This document shows, one piece after another, positions 10,231-18,553 of a stretch of DNA of 64,000 nt. Numbering within the stretch: position 1 is the first letter of the stretch; each line of letters begins with the position of its first letter. The stretch comes from Ascoidea asiatica JCM 7603. Its lineage: Eukaryota > Fungi > Ascomycota. A program made the translations under genes and the position numbers. Location of the stretch: contig BCKQ01000025.1 in assembly GCA_001600695.1 (NCBI GenBank), positions 20,343 to 84,342 of the forward strand. Direction: 5' to 3'. Under the pieces are notes generated by a model. That model was not told the origin of the DNA, did not search any database, and saw only the letters and a list, made by a program, of their open reading frames with translations.

Positions 10231-12452
10231 ATGGTGAATCTGCTCAAAGACTCAAAAAAGCCAAGTTTATATCCTGAAATTAAACCAGATATAGGTAAAA
10301 TAAGAGCAAACCTATCTCCAATTGTAAGTTTATTTGATCAATTCTTTTATTTCAAAAAGGAATTCTTAAAACCAATAGAAATTTCAATTACTAACATTAC
10401 TTTAAATCAAATCAAATTCTAATTATTCTTCTTTTTTTTTAGAGAAAATCCCCAAGTCAATTATTAGATAAAAATGGAGATCCAATTGGTATAAATAAAC
10501 CTCCAGAAAGGAAGCTTTCTCCATTCAAGAAAAGTACAAGAATACTTAGAGCTACTCCTCAAAAACTGATTCTTGATAATCGATTCACTAATAATGGAAA
10601 TGATAAATCATCATCATTAATTGAAAATTTTACATCACCTACATCATCATCTAAAATACCAATTTCACAAAATCCTGAAAAAAATTCATTATTTGATAGA
10701 AATATTCAAAGATCAATGTCAAATTCAAATAATATTAATTCATCATCATTTAGAAATTATATTGGAACACCTTCAAGAAATCAAAATTCCTTTAATGATT
10801 TTAGATTATCTAGATTTTCAAGAACTCCACAAAGTGAATCAAAATTGACTAGTAAATTCAGTTCAAGAAATAGATTTATATTATCATCAAATATATCATC
10901 AGCAAATATTCAAAGATTAAGATCAAATTTAAATAAAAATAAAGAAATGTCAAAAAGTGAGTTATCTCATAGTCAACAATTATTAGATCTTTCACCAATT
11001 AGATCAACAAAAAATAAACTAAATGAATTAAATTTTCAAACTGCTACAGCCAATTCTTCAATATCTTCAAATAATTATTCCAATATTAATCTTAATAACA
11101 ATGATAATAATACCAATAATCTTTTATCAAAGTTAAAAGATTTAAGACCTTCAAACATTAACAAAATAGATAAAAAAGAAAATGCCATTCAAGTAAATAG
11201 TGATAATGATCATGATAATGATAATGATAAGGAAAACAATAATGATAATGATAATCAACATAGAAAACGATTATCATATAGTTTACCAACAGCTTCATCA
11301 TTGAAGAAAATATCTTTAAATTCGAATAAAAATGAAGATCATAATAGTAATTTGACAAATGAATCTTCTCCAACACAATCATCTTCGGATTCTAACATGA
11401 ATTTAGCATCTTCAACAAGTATGACAACTGTATCTAGTATGACTAATTCAAATTCCGATTCTAAAAGTCGTAAAACATTAAAATCATGTTTAAAACCAAT
11501 AAATAGTGATTTTAGTTCAAAAAGTGAAAGCCAATCACCAGAAAAAGGAATTGAATTATCAAGGAATTTTCAAATTAATGATATTTTTAATTATTCTGTA
11601 CCAGGAAGTTTTATGTCAACTATGAAAGAAAATAAATTTAATGAAGATACCACTGATGATGATACTAATACTACTAATAATAATAATAATAATAACCAAA
11701 GAAATAATAGCAATAATAGTGATAATGACAGTTCGTCATCAAGTGAATCTAATGAAAAAAATAAGAAAAGAAAATCAGTTACATTTGATTCAACAATTGA
11801 AGAATTAAATGAAGACAATTCCATTAGTACAAGTAAAAAAACCAAATTTAATGATATTGATAATTATAATGATAATGATAACAATACTGAAGAAATAGAA
11901 TCATCAATAATTGGAACTAGAGATTTAAACTTTAATGGATTTAATAATAATAATAATAATAATAATAATAGTTTAGGAAAAATTAATGGTAGTAAAAGTT
12001 CATATATAAATGAAAAATTAAAATTAAAAATGTATCTTTCACCAAAATTGAAAAAAACTAAAATTAATTTTATGAGTCTTGATAGTTTAAATAATATTGA
12101 AATGAAAAATTTTAATAGAGTCAATAGTAATATTATGAATAATGATATGAATAATGAAGATAATAAAAAAGATGAAAATAATAAAATAAAAGATGATAAA
12201 GAAAATGAAAAAGAAAAAGATAAAGGATCTGATAGGATTGAGAAGATTAATAATAAGAATATTAAAAATATTAAAAATAGTTTAAGTAATAATATTAATG
12301 AGATTAGAATTGAATCTAAATTAAATCATTTAATACGACAATGTTGTTCTAATGCTAAAAGTTTGGAAGTTATGAGTGAGGAAATTAATAATTTATATGG
12401 TAAACAACAAGATATAATAAAGGAGATTAAAGAATTGAAGGACTTATTATAA
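10231..12452 (+). CDS. Spliced gene (exons 10231-10323, 10443-12452; 700 aa): disordered, CDK-site-rich protein with putative PP1-docking motifs and a C-terminal coiled coil
   Basis: Intron 10324-10442: GTAAGT, TACTAAC at 10389-10395, TAG. Splicing joins the ATG at 10231 in frame to the 10716 ORF. Motifs KSCLK and KRKSVTF. Confidence 0.75.
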
Positions 12453-12570
12453 TAGTTTTGTGTTTTATGTTTTTATTTTATATTTTGGATTTTGTTTTGT
12501 TTTTGTTTTTGTTTTTTTTCTTTTCTTATAATCTTATACCTATTGATACCCTTATTTTGTTTTACATGAT

Positions 12571-12606
<36 letters not shown>

Positions 12607-12615
12607 AATATATTA

Positions 12616-13344
12616 TTACTTTTTAGATTTTAATTTTCTTTTTTCCAAAGGTAATTTTAATTTTTTTTCAACTACAGGTAATGAAGATTTTGAATTTTGA
12701 ATTTCATTTTTAGCTTTAACTTTCTTAGATAATTGAAAAATATAAGCTTTAAATTGATTTGAATAAGTTGATTTTAATTTATTTTGAATTGCAAATTCAA
12801 ATTCTTTTTCAATACAATATAATTTTGGAGTTTTATGATTTGGATATAAATTTATAAATTGTTTATAAAATTGTTTTAATAAATTTAATCTAATTGAAAT
12901 TGGTGGTAAATTTTTTATATTTTGAATTTTTGGTACTAAATATACATTATCTTGAATTTTAATTTTTTTCAATGGTTTTTTTAATGTTTCTTTTAAATCA
13001 TTTGAATTATTTTCAATACTTTTTCTCTTAGATATACTATTATTAATGGTATTAGTTATTGTTGTATTATTAGTATTATTAGTATTATTAGTAATAGTAT
13101 TTGTTGAAAAATTTGAATATAAATTTAAATTTTTTAAATTTTTAATTTCTTTCTCTTTTAAAAATTTTTTAATTTTTATATCTGTTTTTATCTTTTTTTC
13201 AGTAATTTGATTAATTTCATTAACCCAAAATCCATTAAAAGAATTTAAATTAATTTCATGAGAAAATAAACAATTTGCTAAAGTACATTTTTCTTGTGCA
13301 GGACATGGATAATCTTTAAAATAATCTAATTTTGTTTTAAACAT
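12616..13344 (-). CDS. Protein resembling the N-terminal half of fungal RNA exonuclease 3 (CCCH finger plus helical domain), with no exonuclease domain
   Basis: MFKT..FKDYPCP...C...CLFSH resembles the recalled fungal Rex3 N-terminus. The ORF ends at 242 aa with no DEDDh domain. Confidence 0.55.
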   Translation of the reverse strand: MFKTKLDYFKDYPCPAQEKCTLANCLFSHEINLNSFNGFWVNEINQITEKKIKTDIKIKKFLKEKEIKNLKNLNLYSNFSTNTITNNTNNTNNTTITNTINNSISKRKSIENNSNDLKETLKKPLKKIKIQDNVYLVPKIQNIKNLPPISIRLNLLKQFYKQFINLYPNHKTPKLYCIEKEFEFAIQNKLKSTYSNQFKAYIFQLSKKVKAKNEIQNSKSSLPVVEKKLKLPLEKRKLKSKK

Positions 13345-13915
13345 TTATGAGAAAGATATCATTATTTTTGAATGCTTGTTTTTGAGTGATGGATTGATTG
13401 ATATGGCTAGTTTTGGATAGCAAAAGTCCAGAGATTGAAATTAGTGAAGATTATAAAAATAGTTAAGCAAGATTTGATAGATGATTAGATATTAAAGTGA
13501 ATTAATTTAATAGTTTCATGGACCTTCATATATTCTTTTATATTTAAAGGTATCTGATCAAAATAAATAAATGTTTATTCTTTTGTAGTTTCTCAAAGCA
13601 CTTCAAAAGTTCCAAAAACAAAAAGCAAAAGGAGACCAGATTTGAGGATGTCCTTAATTTTCTTTTTTAAACATTAATTTCCGAGCAGAAAGTCACGATA
13701 CCACAAAATCCGGGTTTGTCCTGAAACTGCAATCATTGTCCTGTATAACACTGCTTACTGTCCTGTCCCTGCGGACTTTGTTTTGAAAGTTGCGCACGGC
13801 CCAAACGAAAGCAAAAAACGAATACAAAAAATGAAAATAAAAATAAAAATTTGAGACTCTTTCAAAATTTCATCGAATTTTGAGATTTTGAAGGTTTTCG
13901 ACTTTTTTGCTTTTT

Positions 13916-13973
13916 TGCTTTGCTTTGCTTTGCTTTGCTTTGCTTTGCTTTGCTTTGCTTTGCTTTGCTTTGC
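13916..13973 (+). repeat. (GCTTT)n pentanucleotide microsatellite in the IMD/REX3-like divergent promoter
   Basis: Direct reading, about 11 copies. Confidence 0.95.
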
Positions 13974-13984
13974 TCGTTGCACGT

Positions 13985-13995
13985 TGAAAAATTTT
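13985..13995 (+). promoter_or_regulatory. RRPE element plus poly(dT) upstream of IMD
   Basis: TGAAAAATTTT followed by a T-tract; TATATAAA near 14081. Confidence 0.6.
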
Positions 13996-14283
13996 TTTTT
14001 TTTTTTCAATGAGGTCCAAATCAGCTTTGACCTAGAAAATATTGTGTTTGTAGTAGTAGAGCCAGTACTAAAAATAAAGGTATATAAACCTGGTTCAGTC
14101 TCTGTATTTTAGCTATGCCTTAATTTTTATTTTCCTTTTCTTTTTTTTGGCAAACACTGCCCTTACAATTTGCCATAATCTTCTCTGTTCTTTATCTATT
14201 TCAATCTATATTATAATATATAATATAGAATATATTATATACCTTATCATATAATACTTTTATATCAATATCACAACTGAAAC

Positions 14284-16125
14284 ATGTCATACTTGGATTG
14301 TTCAAAAGCTGAAGATTATTTATCTTCATATCCTGAAAATGATGGTCTTGATGTTAAAACTTTAATGGATTCTAAAGTTAGAGGAGGTTTAACATATAAT
14401 GATTTTTTAATATTACCTGGAAAAATAGATTTTCCTGCAAGTATAGTTTCATTAGATTCAAAATTAACAAAAAAAATTACTTTAAAAGCTCCATTTGTTT
14501 CATCACCTATGGATACTGTTACTGAAAGTGAAATGGCAATTCATATGGCTTTATTAGGTGGTATAGGTATTATTCATCATAATTGTACACCTGATGAACA
14601 AGCAGAAATGGTTAAAAAAGTTAAAAGATATGAAAATGGTTTTATTTCTGATCCTGTTGTTGTTTCTCCAGATTTAACAATTGGTGATATTAGAAAATTA
14701 AAAGAAAAATTAGGATTTTGTGGATTTCCTGTTACTGGTAAGTTTTTTTTTTTAAATTTACATTTTTTCATTCTATTGATTATTGTTTTACTTTTCTTCT
14801 TTTCATGATGATTTTTTTAAAATTTATTAACTTTCGTTCTTCCGACTGTTGTGAACAAACGTTCTTGTGGATATTTATTATTTCTGATCTTATTCTTACT
14901 TTAAACTCATTATCATTACCAATATCAATTTCAATTTCAATTTCAAATTCATTTACTTCCTTCATATTATAATTCATACTAACTAGTACTTTTTTATATT
15001 ATTATTAAAGAAAATGGTGAATTTCCTGGAAAATTATTAGGTATAATTACCGCAAGAGATATTTCATTTCATGAAAATGATTTAACAAAAGTTTCTGAAA
15101 TTATGACAACTGATATAATTCTGGCAAAAAAGGGTATTGATTTACATCAAGGTAATGAAATTTTAAGAAAATCAAAAAAGGGTAAATTACCAATTGTTGA
15201 TAAAAATCATAATTTAGTTTCTTTATTATCAAGAACTGATCTTATGAAAAATTTAAATTATCCAAATGCTTCAAAATCAAATGAAACTAAACAATTATTA
15301 TGTGGTGCAGCAATTGGTACTTTAGATTCTGATAAATTAAGATTATCTAAATTAGTTGATGCTGGTTTAGATGTTGTAGTTTTAGATTCTTCTCAAGGTA
15401 ATTCAACTTTTCAATTAAATATGATAAAATTTATTAAATCAAATTATCCAAATTTACAAATTATTGGTGGTAATGTTGTAACCAGAGAACAAGCTGCTTC
15501 TTTAATTCAAGCTGGTGTTGATGGTTTAAGAATTGGTATGGGTTCTGGTTCAATTTGTATAACTCAAGAAGTTATGGCTTGTGGTAGACCTCAAGGTACT
15601 GCAGTTTATAATGTTTGTGAATTTGCTTCAAAATTTGGTATACCATGTATGGCTGATGGTGGTATTCAAAATATTGGTCATATGACAAAGGCTATAGCTT
15701 TAGGTGCTTCAACTTGTATGATGGGTGGTATGTTGGCTGGTACAACTGAATCTCCTGGTAATTATTTTTATAGAGATGGTAAACGTTTAAAAACTTATAG
15801 AGGTATGGGTTCAATTGATGCTATGCAAAAGACTTCAGAATCTGCAAATGCTTCAACTTCTCGTTATTTCTCTGAAGGTGATAAAGTTTTAGTTGCTCAA
15901 GGTGTTTCTGGTTCAGTTGTTGATAAAGGTTCTGTTAAAAAGTATATTCCATATTTATTCAATGGTTTACAACATTCTTGTCAAGATATTGGTTCTCATT
16001 CATTAGTTGAATTAAGAGAAAAAGTTGATTTAGGTATTGTAAGATTTGAATTTAGAACTCCATCTGCTCAACTTGAAGGTGGTGTACATAATTTACATTC
16101 ATATAGTAAACGTTTATATAATTAA
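14284..16125 (+). CDS. IMD4: IMP dehydrogenase (exons 14284-14737, 15011-16125; 522 aa)
   Basis: [21 protein letters not shown] and catalytic [11 protein letters not shown]. Intron 14738-15010: GTAAGT, TACTAAC at 14977-14983, AAG; splicing restores FPVT-E-NG. The symbol reflects the snR54-hosting intron; it is probably a single pre-duplication IMD ortholog. Confidence 0.95.
14805..14887 (+). ncRNA. SNR54: Intronic box C/D snoRNA snR54 (18S Am974 guide)
   Basis: Box C ATGATGA at 14805; guide TAACTTTCGTTCTT complementary to 18S AAGAACGAAAGTTA; D' CCGA; box D CTGA at 14884-14887. S. cerevisiae snR54 lies in the IMD4 intron. Confidence 0.9.
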
Positions 16126-16632
16126 AAAAATAATTCAATAAAAAATCAATTTCAAAACTAATATTAATTAGTTTTTTCTGCTCACATCCTCAATAATAAA
16201 CTCTTTTAATTTCTTCAATTCTATTAGTGGTGGTAACTTCATAAATAGTTTAATTTAATGTAATCCTCGTAATTTGCATTCATTGACTGTTATATTGAAA
16301 TTATCAAAGAACAGTTCAATGGTATAATTTAAATTCAAATAGTCAATAACTATTCAAAAAACATAATAATTTTATAGATTTACATCTAGTTAAAAAATAA
16401 TTAATTACTGATTGAAGTTTAAAACTTCAAAATACAATAAGCTACGATAGAAAAGTTATTTCAAAATAATTTTAATTTATTAAAATACTAAAAAAAATTT
16501 AAAACAAACTACGTAAAACAAACATTTGAAAACAAGATCAGAAAGAAAACCAAACTGTAAAAGAAATGTTAGAATTGAATTCATCTAAATCATTAAAAAA
16601 TGAATATATTTGAAATTAAATTTTATAATAAA

Positions 16633-16730
16633 TCAGGCCACGCCCTGTCACAGGCATAATATCATCAAGGTTCGAGGCTAACAACCTCAAACACAGTAGA
16701 CCGTCGTGAATTGTGGTAAAATAACATCAT
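16633..16730 (-). ncRNA. SNR73: Box C/D snoRNA snR73 (25S Cm2959 guide)
   Basis: Box C variant ATGATGT; guide TCACGACGGTCTA; D' CTGT; C' TGATGA; conserved GCCTGTGACAGGGCGTGG; box D CTGA. Confidence 0.9.
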
Positions 16731-16915
16731 TTAAATATTATAATTATTTAATCTCAATGAAAAAAAAAGAGGAAAACAAACATACCTTATTAAGTTTGTT
16801 ACTCAATATGAATTAAAGAATTTCAATTATGCAAAATTGTATTGAAAAACTAATTAAAGTTAGTATTAAAACTTTTTGGAGTATTCCCAATATTAAATAT
16901 TATATAAAGTTTGAA

Positions 16916-16987
16916 TCAGACGTATATCCATTTATCTTCCTTTATAGTCAGACATATGCTTGTCTATTCTGGTTTATTAATCATCAT
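16916..16987 (-). ncRNA. SNR74: Box C/D snoRNA snR74 (18S Am28 guide)
   Basis: ATGATGA; guide AGACAAGCATATG complementary to 18S CATATGCTTGTCT; D' CTGA; D CTGA. Confidence 0.92.
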
Positions 16988-17116
16988 TTAGCAACTTTAT
17001 AATAAGAATAAGGATTTGAAAATTGACTTCTAATTAAAAAAAAGTTAGTTAATTGTTTTAATGAAAGGGAAATTAGTTGATTATAATACAATTTCAATTA
17101 TAATTGGATATTAATG

Positions 17117-17205
17117 TCAGAAAGGCATGAATGGTTAAAATAAAGGTTGTCATCAATAAGATTACCTTAATTATGACTCGTCATCTAAAATATGGGTATC
17201 ATCAT
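17117..17205 (-). ncRNA. SNR75: Box C/D snoRNA snR75 (25S Gm2288 guide)
   Basis: ATGATGA; guide TAGATGACGAG (25S CTCGTCATCTA); D' variant CATA; C' TGATGA; second element CCATTCATGC (25S GCATGAATGG); D CTGA. Confidence 0.9.
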
Positions 17206-17432
17206 AAAAAATTAATTGAAATATTGTATAATTGAATTTGTAATAATAATTTAATTCTTGAAAGAGGATATAAACTTACACATTAATATATTAAAATTAA
17301 ATATAATACAAAAGTTATAATAGAAACTTAATTAAAAGAAACATAAGTTAGATATTTGGTTGATTTAAATATTGAATTTGAATTATATTTTTTTCTTTAT
17401 CAATTAAATGGTTAGATAAATTAAATTAAAGA

Positions 17433-17514
17433 TCAGATAAAATGGGTTTCTGAGGCCCAAGAAAGCATTGTCACTCATAGATATTATATCAGTGCCCAGT
17501 GCATATATCATCAT
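17433..17514 (-). ncRNA. SNR76: Box C/D snoRNA snR76 (25S Cm2197 guide)
   Basis: ATGATGA; guide GCACTGGGCA before D' CTGA; conserved ATGCTTTCT.GGGCC; D CTGA. Confidence 0.9.
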
Positions 17515-17699
17515 TAAAATTAATATTACTAATAATAAAGGATAATAACTGATTTTAAAATATAATAAGATATAATAAATAAGAAATAATTACCTATTGA
17601 TATAAAATAATTGAAGTTAGTTATTTGTTTTATTGCAAAATAAATTATTGAAATGATTATAGATTCATTTTCTTTAAAATTGAATGAAATGAATTAATA

Positions 17700-17768
17700 T
17701 CAGTATAAACGTTAGTCCATCATTGAAAATCAGCCAGTAATTCCAGCTTTTGTTTTATTAATCATCAT
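17700..17768 (-). ncRNA. SNR77: Box C/D snoRNA snR77 (18S Um578 guide)
   Basis: ATGATGA; guide AGCTGGAATTAC complementary to 18S GTAATTCCAGCT; D' CTGA; C' TGATGG; D CTGA. Confidence 0.92.
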
Positions 17769-18007
17769 ATTATTAATTCAAATCATTAATTTTAAAAAGA
17801 AGAATCTTTAATTATCTAAAATTGATTTAAACGTACCCTTTAGAAAAAGAAAGAAAGATTAAGATACTCCATAATGATCATTAAAATTCAAAGGAACAAA
17901 AATGAGAAAACTGAATAAAGAAAATAAATTGAAGTTAGTTATTGATTCTATTATGAATTAAACTTGTAATTGATATTATTTTTTATTATTCTATTGTTTA
18001 ATGACAT

Positions 18008-18077
18008 TCAGATATTGCAAATAAAATCATATACTGAGTATCATATACTCTAGTTTGTTAATTAAAGAAATCATCAC
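18008..18077 (-). ncRNA. SNR78: Box C/D snoRNA snR78 (25S Um2421 guide)
   Basis: GTGATGA; guide ACAAACTAGAGT; D' ATGA; D CTGA. Confidence 0.9.
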
Positions 18078-18257
18078 TACCTAACAGGCAAACAGGATAA
18101 TATATATCACTTAAACTAGTTAAACATACTCATTTGTTATTCATCTTCATTTCAATGAACCATTGATTGAATTGTTATATGATTATCATTGCAATCGATT
18201 ACTTATTTTAATTAAATAATATATTCTTCTTCTTAAATTTATTCAATTTCACTTCGT

Positions 18258-18385
18258 CTTAAATACTGCAATTATCGCCCAGGTTGAAAAAGAATGAAAA
18301 ATTTTCCAGGCGGAGGCAAAAACTTGAAGAATTCTTAGGGCAGTGCGTGCGGGTAACTGAAGTTCGAGTTAGGGCTTTAACGCGT
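18258..18385. promoter_or_regulatory. Divergent snoRNA-cluster/NUP120 promoter: Tbf1 x2, Reb1, RRPE, MCB
   Basis: TTAGGG at 18335-18340; TTAGGGCT at 18369-18376 (aRCCCTaa on the minus strand); CGGGTAA at 18350-18356; TGAAAAATTTT at 18295-18305; ACGCGT at 18380-18385. Confidence 0.75.
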
Positions 18386-18553
18386 GGAAAGTAAACAAAC
18401 ACAAAAATGAATAAAATGAAATAAAATAAAGATTTAATTAAATTGAATTGATTGAATAGAATCAATAGATGTAACAGATGCAATAAAGGAGGAAGTAGAA
18501 GAATAAGAAGAACACCAACATCAATTACTGGATAAGATATATACCACTCTGCA

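Larger units (their letters stand above)
16300..18230 (-). ncRNA. Non-coding multi-intron snoRNA host transcript (ends approximate)
   Basis: Six predicted introns: 18129-17911, 17836-17594, 17593-17327, 17279-17030 (internal), 17281-16850 (external) and 16785-16555. Each holds one C/D snoRNA followed by a CTAAC branch site and an AG. Exons are U-rich with only tiny ORFs. Confidence 0.8.

Noticed and set aside
13755-14112. ORFs with AKQSK / FALLC repeats
   Set aside because: Translations of the (GCTTT)n microsatellite.
16637-16680. tRNA-Asp-like CTGTCAC loop and GGTTCGA B-box-like motif
   Set aside because: No cloverleaf; it is the antisense of snR73.
17605-17945. Direct repeat AATTGAAGTTAGTTATT suggesting LTR or CRISPR-like units
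   Set aside because: These are minus-strand branch-point/polypyrimidine signals of successive snoRNA introns.
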